DNA of 64,000 nucleotides from Acidobacteriota bacterium. Lineage in GTDB: Bacteria; Acidobacteriota; UBA6911. The stretch is from positions 2,848,001 to 2,912,000 of the forward strand of contig OY761556.1 of the NCBI GenBank assembly GCA_963664705.1, read 5' to 3'. The translations under genes and the position numbers were made by a program. This document shows, one piece after another, positions 46,884 to 57,147 of the stretch (position 1 is its first letter; every line of letters begins with the position of its first letter). The notes under the pieces are model-generated. The model did not search any database and had not been told where the DNA came from. It was given only the letters and a program-made list of their open reading frames with translations.

Positions 46884-47942
46884 ATGAATAGACAGCTTAC
46901 ACTTGCATTGTGTTGTTTCACTATATTAGGGCTGGCCCTTTCGCCTGCGGCCCAGCAACCGCCTCCTCCCATTATTCAGGAGGAGATTCCAGAAAATGCT
47001 CTCTTTTACATGTTCTTCCAGTCGATAGCGCCGCAACAGGAAGAACAGAAAGAGCGAAACCAATTTGCCACCGCAAGGCTCGGGCAGGTTGCCCGGGCTG
47101 CCCGCCTTCAAACGGATCACATCGACACCCTCCGACATTTTGCCGCGGAATGCGTCTCAAAAGTCGCCGTCGTCGATGAAAAAGCCCAAAAGTTCATTGC
47201 ATTCGCCCGTAACCAGCGCCTCAATCCGAACGGGCCGCCTGCGCAAGCCCCCTCCGAGCTAAAGCTCCTGCAACAGGAGCGCGATAAAATTGTCAGTGAA
47301 TCAGTTTCCGGTTTGCGGGCAGCCCTCGGAGAGGAGGCGTTTGCCGGTCTGCAGGCCGCCTTGAAACCGCAGCCAGGATCGGCGATCTCCGTACGGCTGC
47401 CCGATGAACTCGCTCAACCGGCCGCTCCAGACCGGCGACTTCAACGCGGTGACTTTCCCATACCCAGGGGATCAGTCTATGAATCCAGACTCCCTGTCAA
47501 AGCCATGATCTCGCCAGTGGGGGATGGAGGGCCGAACGAACGCATGCGATTCACAATGGATGAACCGGTAAGATTCAAAATTACATTGCTGAATACGACG
47601 AACCATATGGTGTCGATGAACACGGAATTTGCCATGAACCAGTGCTCCTTGCTTGCGATGAAACAGGGCGATGCAATGAGGCAGGTGTCTCTCCGGTTCG
47701 AGTTCGTACCCACAAAAGGTATGCCCCTGGAAGTTCCATTGCCTTCCAATGTTCCGGTTGTGGTCGGAATAGCGCGTCTGAACGCGAACAGCACCGACTT
47801 TGCGCCGGGACGGTATTCAGGCACGTTGCAGCGTCAATTGGCTCTTCCTCCGCCAGGAAACGATGAGGAAAACCGGCGCATTGTTGAAACATCTCTCCTG
47901 TCCCTGAATTCAAATACCATTGTCTTTGAGATAGTGCCCTAA
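46884..47942 (+). CDS. Secreted hypothetical protein (helical N-domain, Ig-like C-domain)
   Basis: Signal peptide ending PAA/Q; GGAG RBS; 352-aa ORF. Confidence 0.8.
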   Translation: MNRQLTLALCCFTILGLALSPAAQQPPPPIIQEEIPENALFYMFFQSIAPQQEEQKERNQFATARLGQVARAARLQTDHIDTLRHFAAECVSKVAVVDEKAQKFIAFARNQRLNPNGPPAQAPSELKLLQQERDKIVSESVSGLRAALGEEAFAGLQAALKPQPGSAISVRLPDELAQPAAPDRRLQRGDFPIPRGSVYESRLPVKAMISPVGDGGPNERMRFTMDEPVRFKITLLNTTNHMVSMNTEFAMNQCSLLAMKQGDAMRQVSLRFEFVPTKGMPLEVPLPSNVPVVVGIARLNANSTDFAPGRYSGTLQRQLALPPPGNDEENRRIVETSLLSLNSNTIVFEIVP

Positions 47943-48013
47943 AAGGCCTGAGAGACCAGAAAATGTCTGTCGAGGCCGGCCATTCAACTGCGCGCCAACA
48001 GTCCCCGCATGCC

Positions 48014-48029
48014 CGGCACGCTTATTGCT
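48014..48029 (+). promoter_or_regulatory. Putative sigma54 (-24/-12) promoter
   Basis: CGGCAC-GCTTA-TTGCT with exact GG-N10-GC spacing, about 100 nt upstream of the ATG at 48130. Confidence 0.7.
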
Positions 48030-48129
48030 TTCGTTTATAAGGCATTTCGGCGTGTATCGGGATATACCGACCATCGATACCGTCCGGCGGCTCGTTTTTT
48101 CGATGTAATCGGTTGAAAAGAGGGCAAAT

Positions 48130-49026
48130 ATGAAAAAGACAAACATGTTGTTGCTTGCGGCGGCTATCGTGTTTTTGACTATCTGCCAAATTTCTGACCT
48201 GCATGCGCAAAGTATCAGCCGGCGCCTGATAGTCCAAACCCTTGAGGAAGAACTGAGAAATCAGGAACAGCTTCAGGGCGAAATTGCGGCTCTCGTAAAG
48301 GAAATACGCACATCCGAAGAAGCACAACGGAAACTATTTGTTCATATGGCCATGAAACTGGACAAAGCCGATGTGTTAACGGCTACCGCCGAAGCAATAG
48401 ATGCTGCCTTGGAAACAACCCTGCACAACATTGCCAACGCCGACGCTCCCGGTTTTAAGCGAACAAGAGTCCATATCGAGGATGGGAAAATTGTGGCTAC
48501 ACCCCGCGTCTGGGATCAGGGCAGTTTTCTTGCGACAGGAAATCCGTTGGATCTCATTATTGACGGAGGAGGATTTTTCCAGATACTCCAGCCAAATGGT
48601 GATATCGCCTACACCCGTAATGGCTGCATGCATTTGAATCGCGAAGGCTATATCGTGACACTCGAAGGAAATATGCTGAATCCTCCAATTGTCATTCCCC
48701 AAGATCAAGTCAGCATTATCGTCGGCTTCGACGGGACAGTGTCTATTCGGCAAGAGGGCAGGCCGCAACCGGTCGGAAGAATTGAGCTGGCAGGATTTAA
48801 GGATCTTTCAGGCTTGAAGGCTTTAGGACGCAATCTTTTTATCGCGACGCCCGCCTCCGGTCAACCTGTTATGGCGCATCCAGGAGAAAATGGAGCAGGC
48901 ACAATCCTGGCGGGATATCTCGAAAACTCTAACGTGAAAATTCTGGAGGAAATCATTCAATTGCGGAAACTGCAGTCATGGAAAAATGGGATCCAACAAG
49001 CATTGACTACGCTTCAGGAGAGATAA
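48130..49026 (+). CDS. FlgG/FlgF-like flagellar rod-domain protein with N-terminal signal peptide and coiled coil
   Basis: HNIANADAPGFKR, QGS..ATGNPLDL.IDG.GFFQI..PNG..AYTRNG, GL...G.NLF..T.ASG, GYLENSNV..EE.I; N-terminus MKKTNMLLLAAAIVFLTICQISDLHA/Q. Confidence 0.88.
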   Translation: MKKTNMLLLAAAIVFLTICQISDLHAQSISRRLIVQTLEEELRNQEQLQGEIAALVKEIRTSEEAQRKLFVHMAMKLDKADVLTATAEAIDAALETTLHNIANADAPGFKRTRVHIEDGKIVATPRVWDQGSFLATGNPLDLIIDGGGFFQILQPNGDIAYTRNGCMHLNREGYIVTLEGNMLNPPIVIPQDQVSIIVGFDGTVSIRQEGRPQPVGRIELAGFKDLSGLKALGRNLFIATPASGQPVMAHPGENGAGTILAGYLENSNVKILEEIIQLRKLQSWKNGIQQALTTLQER

Positions 49027-49041
49027 TCCTATGGCAAGTTC

Positions 49042-49197
49042 CTACTGCCTGGTTGCTGTAACCCTGAATGTGCCATCGTCCCCAATTTCTTCCACACTCA
49101 TGACGAGGGCTTTCCCATCGTCAGACACGGTTGTGTAAGTCACAGCCACAATCTTGCCATCCCGCTTGTTGACTATATCGATCGACCGATCATTCAT
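49042..49197 (-). pseudogene. Probable C-terminal fragment of a beta-barrel-type secreted protein
   Basis: My translation: MNDRSIDIVNKRDGKIVAVTYTTVSDDGKALVMSVEE...FRVTATRQ*; no upstream signal peptide or N-domain. Confidence 0.4.
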
Positions 49198-49327
49198 CCA
49201 CTGATTCCCGCCATAAAGCATTATGCCTCACAACGCGAAATATTGTGACCGGAGAGACTTTGTCTGGTAAGTTCGATGCAAATCTTAATTGCTCACGGGC
49301 GTGAGAGACCCTGGAGGGGATAAAGCG

Positions 49328-50602
49328 ATGCGCAAAACTGATTCTGCGCTGGGACGTCGTGGATTTCTGAAGGGTGCGGTTGTCGGTGGTATGGCTGGAG
49401 TCTTCGCTTCCGGTTTTTCGAAGGCAGAAAACCGGGCGATGAAAGTCACAAGCGTGGATATCTATCAGACAGCAACAGGTATTACCCAACCTATTGTTGT
49501 TCGGCTGAATACCGATTCGGGGATCAGCGGTTTTGGAGAGGTAGGACTCGCCTATGGAGCGGGACACAATGCCGGTTTCGGCATACTTAAAGATCTGGCG
49601 GGCTATGTAATCGGATCCGATCCACGGAATGTGGAAGCTTTGTGGGAAAAGCTGTTTCGATCAACATTTTGGGGAATGGGAGGCGGTCCGGTTGTATATG
49701 GCGGCATGAGCGCAATTGATACGGCCTGCTGGGACATTATGGGCAAAGAAATGGGTGTTCCCGTTTACCGGCTGCTGGGAGGCAAAACCAGGGAGAAACT
49801 GAGAACCTATGCCAGTCAGCTTCAATTGGGCTGGGACAAAAAATATACACTGCTGATAGAACCACCGGAATACGCGCAAGTGGCTTTAAAGGCAGTCTCG
49901 GAAGGGTATGACTGTTTGAAGGTAGACCCGGTATGCGTTAACAGAAAGGGTGAAGTCATAAATTATCGTGGCGGCATTTTAAATAGTCAGGAACTCAAGC
50001 TGGGTTATGACCGCGTAAAAGCAATGAGAGACGCGGTTGGTCCCAATGTGGATATTATGATCGAACTGCATTCCGGGTTTGGACTCAATTCTGCTATTCA
50101 GTTCGGGAATGCAATCGAGGATCTCAGGTGCATGTGCTACGAGGAACCCATCCATCCCATGAATGTGGATAATTTTGCACTGCTGGCAAGAAGCGTCAAA
50201 ATTCCACTCGCGGGAGGAGAGAGAATTTATACCCGCTGGGGCTATCGGCCGTTTTTCGAGAAGCAGGCCATTGCCCTGATTCAGCCGGATATCGGCCTCG
50301 TGGGCGGATTCACGGAATGCAAGAAAATCTGCGATATGGCTCATGTTTATGATGTCACGGTCCAATGCCATGTTGCCGGCGGACCGATAGCGACGGCGGC
50401 TGCTTTGCAGATGGAACGAGCAATCCCCAATTTCATCGTCCACGAATACCATGTGGCTGCGATGAATGAAGAAATTGTCTCCACGTGCAAATATAATTAT
50501 GTTCCCGAAAAAGGCGCCTTTGCGGTCCCCGAACTGCCTGGCATCGGCCAGGAGCTGACGGAGAAGACAATGGCGGAATGCAATCATGTACGCATTCAAT
50601 GA
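49328..50602 (+). CDS. Mandelate racemase/muconate lactonizing enzyme family dehydratase with a Tat signal
   Basis: GRRGFLKG; SAIDTACWDIMGK..GVPVY.LLGG, KVD, ELH, YEEP, GGER, QPD, HEYH, PGIG. Confidence 0.92.
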   Translation: MRKTDSALGRRGFLKGAVVGGMAGVFASGFSKAENRAMKVTSVDIYQTATGITQPIVVRLNTDSGISGFGEVGLAYGAGHNAGFGILKDLAGYVIGSDPRNVEALWEKLFRSTFWGMGGGPVVYGGMSAIDTACWDIMGKEMGVPVYRLLGGKTREKLRTYASQLQLGWDKKYTLLIEPPEYAQVALKAVSEGYDCLKVDPVCVNRKGEVINYRGGILNSQELKLGYDRVKAMRDAVGPNVDIMIELHSGFGLNSAIQFGNAIEDLRCMCYEEPIHPMNVDNFALLARSVKIPLAGGERIYTRWGYRPFFEKQAIALIQPDIGLVGGFTECKKICDMAHVYDVTVQCHVAGGPIATAAALQMERAIPNFIVHEYHVAAMNEEIVSTCKYNYVPEKGAFAVPELPGIGQELTEKTMAECNHVRIQ

Positions 50603-50709
50603 TTCAGATTGGGGGACCGATCGGCAAAACGCTGTTCTTCCCGAGTCGATGATGCAAATGCCTTGCGGAGTGTTGTATCCTGATAAAAATCATATACGGG
50701 AGATGTTGA

Positions 50710-51786
50710 TTGGAAAACACAGACCAAATTTACGTCGCGCTTCAGAAGCACCTGGACAAACAGGCAGTGGGGTTTCCTGCCACCAAAACGGGCGTGGAGC
50801 TCCGTATCCTTAAAGAGCTTTTCACGCCGGAACAGGTGGGAATAGCGCTCCACTTAAGCGTCGAGCCGAAATCAGCGATACAAGTGCATGCAGAGATGAA
50901 GGAGTCCGGCACGACCGTGGAAAAGGTCGCCCACCTGCTTATCGAGATGGTTAAGAATGGAGCTATCACGGCCAAAGAAGAAAAAGGCAACTATTATTTC
51001 TTTACTATGCCTCTGCTCGTAGGCATTGCGGAAATGCATGGCGGCCGTGCCACCCCTCAATTCTGGCAGGATTTTTCCAGCTATATGGCCAGCGAATACG
51101 GCAAGGCGTATAACAGCACCAAAACATCGCAGATGCGCACCATCCCGGTAGGAAAAAGTTTTACGGTCGAACATCATGTCACCACTTATGACAATATCCG
51201 GGACATAATCAATAATACTTGTGACCCTATTGTCATCAACCGATGCATGTGCCGGACGGGAGCCGCGGCGCGCGGCAATCCCTGCCAAAAAACCCACCGG
51301 GAGGAAACCTGCATGGCCTTTGGCGAGTGGGCAAAGCTGGCGGTAATAGGGGGTGCCCAGCCCATCTCTAAAGAAGAAGCACTGGGAATTATGCGGCAGA
51401 ATGAAGAGGACGGCCTCGTCCTGCAGCCGAACAACTACCAGAAAGTGGATTTCGTCTGCGCTTGCTGCGGATGCTGTTGCGGTATTCTGCGGCTGCAAAA
51501 AGCCTTGCCTGATCCGGCTATAGTCTGGGCGCACAACTATTATGCAGTGGTGGAGGCGGAGTCTTGCGTGAAATGCGGCACGTGCGTGGAACGCTGTCAG
51601 GTCAACGCCATCATGATTGAAGCAAACAACGGCGCTGCTGTGATCAATCTGGAGCGGTGCATCGGCTGCGGTAATTGTGTGGTCACCTGCCCCTCAGAAG
51701 CCATAAAGCTTGTAAAAAAGGCTGAAGAAACCATCCCTCCGGCGGACGCACCCGCGCTTTACAGGATGCTGGCCGAAAGAGTGTAG
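50710..51786 (+). CDS. 4Fe-4S dicluster protein with an additional Cys-rich domain
   Basis: CMCR...C...C, CACCGCCC, CVKCGTCVERC, CIGCGNCVVTCP; TTG start with GGGAG RBS. Confidence 0.9.
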   Translation: MENTDQIYVALQKHLDKQAVGFPATKTGVELRILKELFTPEQVGIALHLSVEPKSAIQVHAEMKESGTTVEKVAHLLIEMVKNGAITAKEEKGNYYFFTMPLLVGIAEMHGGRATPQFWQDFSSYMASEYGKAYNSTKTSQMRTIPVGKSFTVEHHVTTYDNIRDIINNTCDPIVINRCMCRTGAAARGNPCQKTHREETCMAFGEWAKLAVIGGAQPISKEEALGIMRQNEEDGLVLQPNNYQKVDFVCACCGCCCGILRLQKALPDPAIVWAHNYYAVVEAESCVKCGTCVERCQVNAIMIEANNGAAVINLERCIGCGNCVVTCPSEAIKLVKKAEETIPPADAPALYRMLAERV

Positions 51787-52596
51787 CTAACGCGTCTTTT
51801 CCCGCAATCGATCAGTAATGCTGTCATCGCAGAACTCCGGATAGAGCGTCTTCATACAATCCGGGCAGATGCTATGACTGAACTCTGCTTCGGAGTGATC
51901 ATGAATGTAGGCTTCAATCTGATTCCAATAGCCCTTATCATCTCTGATCTTCTTACAGTTTGCGCAGATGGGAAACATCCCGCTCAGAAGTTTGACTTTG
52001 TGCATGGCCTGCCGAAGCTCGGCAATTACCAGCTCCTTCTGCATCTCGGCATCCTTCCGTGCAGTGATGTCCATAATACCGCCGATAATGCCTCCTAGCC
52101 GGCCATCAGCGTGCTCGAATGTCGCTTTATGAAACACCACATGACGTTTCGCCTGCTGTGATTTGCTCTGGACCTGGTATTCATAGACTTGAACTCCTGA
52201 ATGAGCTATGAGCTGCTTATCCTGCTCATCGTAGATGCTCGCAAGTTCCGCGGGAGCGATCTCGTAAACTGTTTTGCCGATAATCATGCTTCGTTCCAGA
52301 CCCATAAATTCCTCATAGCTCTTGTTGCAGCCGAGGTAGACACATTTTTCATTTTTGTAGAAGACAGGAATAGGAATGCTGTCAAGAAGCTTCTGTTGAA
52401 ACTGAAAAGCCAATTCCAGATTTTTCTGTGCCTGCCGATATCTTGTTGCCAAGCCCAAGCAAAAACCGCTGAGACCTACAACACAGATCAGCGAACCCAA
52501 GTAGGCAAAGGGCCCGCGATGCCATAGAAAAGTGTCGAGCAGTCCAACACTGAGCGAGATAACCACAACCGGAACCAGCCATCGTTCAATCCGCAT
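51787..52596 (-). CDS. Membrane PAS-domain sensor with a C-terminal CxxC...H..CxxC domain and no kinase
   Basis: Two TM helices; LDSIPIPVFYK...YLGCN...DITARK; LSG.FPICANCKKIRDDKGYW.QIE.YI..HSEAEFSHSICPDC. Confidence 0.88.
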   Translation of the reverse strand: MRIERWLVPVVVISLSVGLLDTFLWHRGPFAYLGSLICVVGLSGFCLGLATRYRQAQKNLELAFQFQQKLLDSIPIPVFYKNEKCVYLGCNKSYEEFMGLERSMIIGKTVYEIAPAELASIYDEQDKQLIAHSGVQVYEYQVQSKSQQAKRHVVFHKATFEHADGRLGGIIGGIMDITARKDAEMQKELVIAELRQAMHKVKLLSGMFPICANCKKIRDDKGYWNQIEAYIHDHSEAEFSHSICPDCMKTLYPEFCDDSITDRLREKTR

Positions 52597-52752
52597 GTGA
52601 GGCTTCCTTCTAAACGATTCATACAATAACGCGTAACTATCTCCTGACCTAAACATATTTCCTATATGGTCCCATATATAAAACGCGGACCGAATCAATC
52701 GCTCTTGGATCGACCAGTTCTTCTTTGATGTAGCGGTGGATAACGCTGTGAC

Positions 52753-53133
52753 TTAGCAGCTCGAGAAGGCAAGTATGAGGTTCAGTAGAGTCGCACAGGA
52801 AAGCAGAATCAAAACCATTGTTGAAGAAGTAAAAAGTGCAGATTTTTCGGATTTACGGCCCACAAATCCACCTATGCCGACAGCAAGGCAAGAAACAGAC
52901 AAAACCGGAACGATAAGCAAAAGGTCCAGTCGTATAGGAACGGTCACTGTGCGTGCCCAGACGAAGTCCATATAGAATTCATAGATAAATAACAGGAATG
53001 CAATGGTCGCAAATGTGACAAGCTTGCCGATCGGCCTTCCGGATTTTTTGAAAGGAACAATCATCAGCACCAAAGGAATCCACGCCAAATAGATCAGACC
53101 ATAATACCCTGCATATTTAAGCGTCTCCCGCAC
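52753..53133 (-). CDS. Membrane protein of unknown function
   Basis: Four hydrophobic segments, PIRLDLL motif; GTG start with GGAGG RBS. Confidence 0.65.
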   Translation of the reverse strand: MRETLKYAGYYGLIYLAWIPLVLMIVPFKKSGRPIGKLVTFATIAFLLFIYEFYMDFVWARTVTVPIRLDLLLIVPVLSVSCLAVGIGGFVGRKSEKSALFTSSTMVLILLSCATLLNLILAFSSC

Positions 53134-53312
53134 CGTGTCCTCCCCGGCCGCCAAAGGCCGATTTGGCATCATGTTCGCTCTTAGTTGTCCGACAGATAAT
53201 GATCGCGTTCCCACGCGCGCCGTGGCATAGCTTCGAAACCCGAGCCAAGGAAAATCGAGAAATTCGAAGAGCCGATGAATTCTGGTTTATGGAGCCACTC
53301 ATGCCCGTATTT

Positions 53313-54293
53313 TCATTCGATCCGCTCAAGCACCATCAGGGTCATGTCATCCATTAAGGAGAGTCCGGAACGAAACTCCGAGGCCTCCGCCAGGCAGGCT
53401 CGCATTATCGCATCAGCGCTCTGAGTTCCGCGATCGCGGACGATCTCGATGAGCGGATTTACTCCAAATTCCTGGCCCGCGCGATTTTGCGTTTCGGTAA
53501 GACCATCGGTAAAGAGAACGAGGCAGTCCCCCTTTTGCAGCTGTGCCTTGCTTATCGAGAATTCCGCATTGCAGAACATGCCCAGCGGTAAGCCCGTTGA
53601 ATCGATCGAGCGCACTGCGTCCGACCCTCCAATCAAGGGCGCCAGGTGCCCGGCATTGCAAAGCTCGACTTCGCCGCTTTTCTGTGCACGTCCGCAGACC
53701 AGCGTGGCGTAGTGATTGGAAAGCGTCGATTCGCAGAAAAGTCTGGAAGCGCGCTGCATCATATGGACAAGAGAGAGCTCTAAGCCGGCGAGCGTCCGGA
53801 ACATCGCCTGCAAGTGAGACATCAGCATCGAAGCCGCAACTCCCTTTCCCGATACGTCTCCAATAATAAAATACAAGCTTCCATCCTCGGCGGGGATCAG
53901 GTCGCAGTAGTCCCCGCTCACAGGGCCGGCCGCTTCGTAGTAAAAGGCCGTCCGCCAACCGCTGTGCACCAGTCCTGATTTCGGGAGCAATGCGGATTGG
54001 ATATTTGCGGCCAGTTCCAGATCCTGCTGCAGCGCCTGTTGCTGCGGCGCGGTCAGATGATCAACGCAAAACCGGACAAGGGGGTCCGCCTCGAGGCGAT
54101 CTCTTTCAATCGGGTCATGGCATACTTCGCAGAGGCCGAATGTCCCAATATCCATCCGCGCCAAGGCGCCATCTACTTCGCGCAGAAGCGAGGCCAGGTC
54201 CGACCGTCCGGGCAAAGAGGCAATCGCGTTTTCGAGTTTCTCACGCCGGTTTATCAACTGCGTCCGCAAAGCAGTGTCCGCATTGGTTGCCAT
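53313..54293 (-). CDS. SpoIIE/RsbU-type PP2C phosphatase with an N-terminal DksA/TraR-like zinc finger
   Basis: FGLCEVCH..IE..RL.ADP....CVDH; IQ..LLP, VSGDY.D, GDVSGKG..AS, NAGH, FTDGL.E, DDMT. Confidence 0.92.
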   Translation of the reverse strand: MATNADTALRTQLINRREKLENAIASLPGRSDLASLLREVDGALARMDIGTFGLCEVCHDPIERDRLEADPLVRFCVDHLTAPQQQALQQDLELAANIQSALLPKSGLVHSGWRTAFYYEAAGPVSGDYCDLIPAEDGSLYFIIGDVSGKGVAASMLMSHLQAMFRTLAGLELSLVHMMQRASRLFCESTLSNHYATLVCGRAQKSGEVELCNAGHLAPLIGGSDAVRSIDSTGLPLGMFCNAEFSISKAQLQKGDCLVLFTDGLTETQNRAGQEFGVNPLIEIVRDRGTQSADAIMRACLAEASEFRSGLSLMDDMTLMVLERIE

Positions 54294-54477
54294 GATTCCT
54301 CCTTTGATCAATACCGGCAGCGTCCGCCTCTTACCGGCAAAGCACTGCCTCGATCACAAATTCGGCATAGCGGATTCGTCGGATCACATTTTATAGTAAA
54401 ATCCGATAAAGGAGCGCGTTTCTTCTTTTGGCAGAGTTCCCGGTCCTCAAATAGATCGACAGTAAAGGAGACAGGTC

Positions 54478-55020
54478 ATGAATTCGTTATCTGTCATACA
54501 CGATCAATTTCGCCATATGGAATGGGCGGATGCGCTTGTATGGAAAAGCACGGCATCGTCTGAATCCACAAACAGGGACGAAAAGATTATTCTTTGGCTC
54601 CTGCATTTGCATATGACCCAGCAGGCATTTCTGGCTTTTTGGCAGCGTCAATTTGCAAATGCATCGCAGCAGGAAATCATGGAATGGTCTCAAAGGGGAA
54701 GCAAACTGAGAGGGGCGGAATTATTGGCTTGGGCAAAATCCTTTCATCATAATGCCATGGGTTATCTTTCGCGTATATCCGAAACCGCCCTTGCGGAACC
54801 GGCAGTGCTGCCCTGGATGGATATGGTCTCGGCACAATTGGGAAAAATATTGGTTATCCCGAACCTATCCGAAACCCTGCTGCAGGTACCGATGCATAGC
54901 ATGCATCATCGCGGACAAATTAATGCGCGACTACGTGAATTGGGTGTCGACCCGCCGCTTACCGATTTCATTGCATGGGTCTGGCTGGGCAAACCGCCTG
55001 CCGATTGGCCTGAGTTATAG
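54478..55020 (+). CDS. DinB family protein
   Basis: H..WAD, LLHL, HSMHHRGQI...LRELG..PP..DFI.W; AAGGAG RBS. Confidence 0.9.
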   Translation: MNSLSVIHDQFRHMEWADALVWKSTASSESTNRDEKIILWLLHLHMTQQAFLAFWQRQFANASQQEIMEWSQRGSKLRGAELLAWAKSFHHNAMGYLSRISETALAEPAVLPWMDMVSAQLGKILVIPNLSETLLQVPMHSMHHRGQINARLRELGVDPPLTDFIAWVWLGKPPADWPEL

Positions 55021-55194
55021 TGGTTATTGGGCCCGCTTCCATTATGCAGAACTTCACTCGGGATCACGAAGTTCCTGTTGGCGCCATCCAGGAGCCGCGA
55101 TATCGGCGTAAAATCCATTTTATGGCGGACACTTTGACATTTCCTCTTTCAACCGGATTCATGGCCCGGAATTATGATTCACGCCGCTGTATCC

Positions 55195-57147
55195 TCAGGG
55201 TTTAGGCAGCGCCTCCTTTTCGTCAGGACTCATTGCCATTTTGTATTTGCCGGTTCCGGATTGGTCTACGAACTCGATTTGAATGTCGTCCCCGACTCCT
55301 TTGATATTGCGGTAATACCAATCCTCATAGGGATACATGCCATTAGTCCCACCAGGATGGGATTCAACCTTATCCGGTTTGCCAAACATGATATAGATAC
55401 GCCCTTGATCAGTCCTCCAGCCAGGTTCGCTTGAAGTGTAATGCAGGTTAGCATAAGCGATGCGGCGGTAATGCTCTTCCTTCAGGGAGTTCTCTGCAGA
55501 CGTCGGATCTGGATTCCGCCGGGCCCAGAAATGCTCGATAAAGGAATCTCGATTTGTGTCATCCTTGAGAGCAAGAAATGTGCTCCTTTCTTCCGGAGTG
55601 ATGATATAGACAACGTCTTCATCCAACCACTTCCGGTAGTATCCGGGAACAGTTTCCAGATCCTTCAAGTACTGCTGCACGATTGGAGCATAGTCGCTGT
55701 CAGGGAATTGCCGGAGAAAGTCCTGAGCGCCCTGATCAGCCTTAAAAGTGTATTTTGCATCCCGCAACAAACGATGATTCAAAGCAATCAGTTTCATTTG
55801 GGCATCGGCAATCTTGGGATTGGCAGGAAAAAGCGCGGCAAAAAGTTTGTATTGCTCCTCTGCCTGACGCAAATTTTCTGAGCCGCCTTCCTGGAAGAAG
55901 CTGTCACCTACCGATAACAGGGCATCGGCGGCCAACCGGCTATCGGGATACCTGTTGACTAGGGTCTGGAATGCCAGGCGCGCTTGTCCATAGTTAGCTG
56001 TATTTAAAAGCTGTTTTCCTCTTTCGTAGAGCGTTCGATCGGAATCGCTAGATGAATGATGCGTCGGAGCAGCAGCCGTAGAATATAATGGATTTAACTT
56101 GTTGCCGCCACCTTCTCTGTACTGCGATGCCATATTACTTTCCGCTAACGCGACGGGCGCAGGCAATAGAGTCGCCTGAGCGCGTGCCAAATTGCAAATA
56201 GATGGTATCAGGATCGAAATCGCGCATAGGAGCATCACAACGGACAATCGGACGGGTGAAATTGAGGGACTTCTCCCCGAAGTCAATATCCTGCGAATCC
56301 TTTGATTGAGCCTGCTGCCATGCAGCGATGAGCCCCGGACAGTAATCAAAGCTCCTTTTCTCTTAACGGAGCGGGCAAAATCCAGCAGGTATTCAGCATA
56401 TGTACTGCTGTCATAGCCCCTTGCCAGCACCGTTTCATCACATGTTTGTTCTGCCAATCCCGACAATTTACTGCAGAGCCACCAGGAGAGCGGGTTAAAC
56501 CAGTATAGGCTTCGATTCAGCAGGGCAAGCCATTCGATCAGCGGATCACGCCGACGCACATGTTCTTTTTCATGAATGAGAACGGCATCCAACTTGGCGG
56601 GATCCCAATCTTTCGAATCTACAGGCAGATAAATGCGTGCACCGAATAGTCCAACGGTTATCGGAACGATGCATCGGGTTGAATATGCGATTAGACCCTC
56701 TGCCGAGGTTCCTTCGTGAGTAAGCCGACGAGAAAGGAGTGTTCCCGCCAGCAACTTGAGAGCAAGGACACAAAAGCCTGCGAGGTAGAGAACACCGGCG
56801 ATCTGATAGACGTCCTGGTAAGGTCTTTGAGGATTTGCTGACGGCATCGAGGCTTTATATATGCTATGCACTTCCGGGATCCCAGTTCTTAGGACCGGCA
56901 GGCTGCTGCGATTTTCATTCAGCGGTGCGGCAGGGATTGAAGCCGATGGCAAAATTGGAATTTTGATCCTGGGAGCCCACAGAGACAAGAAAGGCATGCA
57001 CAGCATGGCCATCAATACCCCGGTCCAGGCTTGATGACAAACGCGCGGGGATTTTACTCGCAATATACGCAGCGTTAGAGCCGTCGCTAAAGCAATGATC
57101 ATTGCACGCAACGAGCTTTCGCCCAAAACTTCCAGGATGGCTTTCAT
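55195..57147 (-). CDS. BlaR1-type M56 metallopeptidase fused to a BamD-like TPR region and a GWxTD domain
   Basis: [26 protein letters not shown]; [15 protein letters not shown]...GDSFFQEGG; [15 protein letters not shown]...[11 protein letters not shown]...[15 protein letters not shown]. Confidence 0.9.
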   Translation of the reverse strand: MKAILEVLGESSLRAMIIALATALTLRILRVKSPRVCHQAWTGVLMAMLCMPFLSLWAPRIKIPILPSASIPAAPLNENRSSLPVLRTGIPEVHSIYKASMPSANPQRPYQDVYQIAGVLYLAGFCVLALKLLAGTLLSRRLTHEGTSAEGLIAYSTRCIVPITVGLFGARIYLPVDSKDWDPAKLDAVLIHEKEHVRRRDPLIEWLALLNRSLYWFNPLSWWLCSKLSGLAEQTCDETVLARGYDSSTYAEYLLDFARSVKRKGALITVRGSSLHGSRLNQRIRRILTSGRSPSISPVRLSVVMLLCAISILIPSICNLARAQATLLPAPVALAESNMASQYREGGGNKLNPLYSTAAAPTHHSSSDSDRTLYERGKQLLNTANYGQARLAFQTLVNRYPDSRLAADALLSVGDSFFQEGGSENLRQAEEQYKLFAALFPANPKIADAQMKLIALNHRLLRDAKYTFKADQGAQDFLRQFPDSDYAPIVQQYLKDLETVPGYYRKWLDEDVVYIITPEERSTFLALKDDTNRDSFIEHFWARRNPDPTSAENSLKEEHYRRIAYANLHYTSSEPGWRTDQGRIYIMFGKPDKVESHPGGTNGMYPYEDWYYRNIKGVGDDIQIEFVDQSGTGKYKMAMSPDEKEALPKP

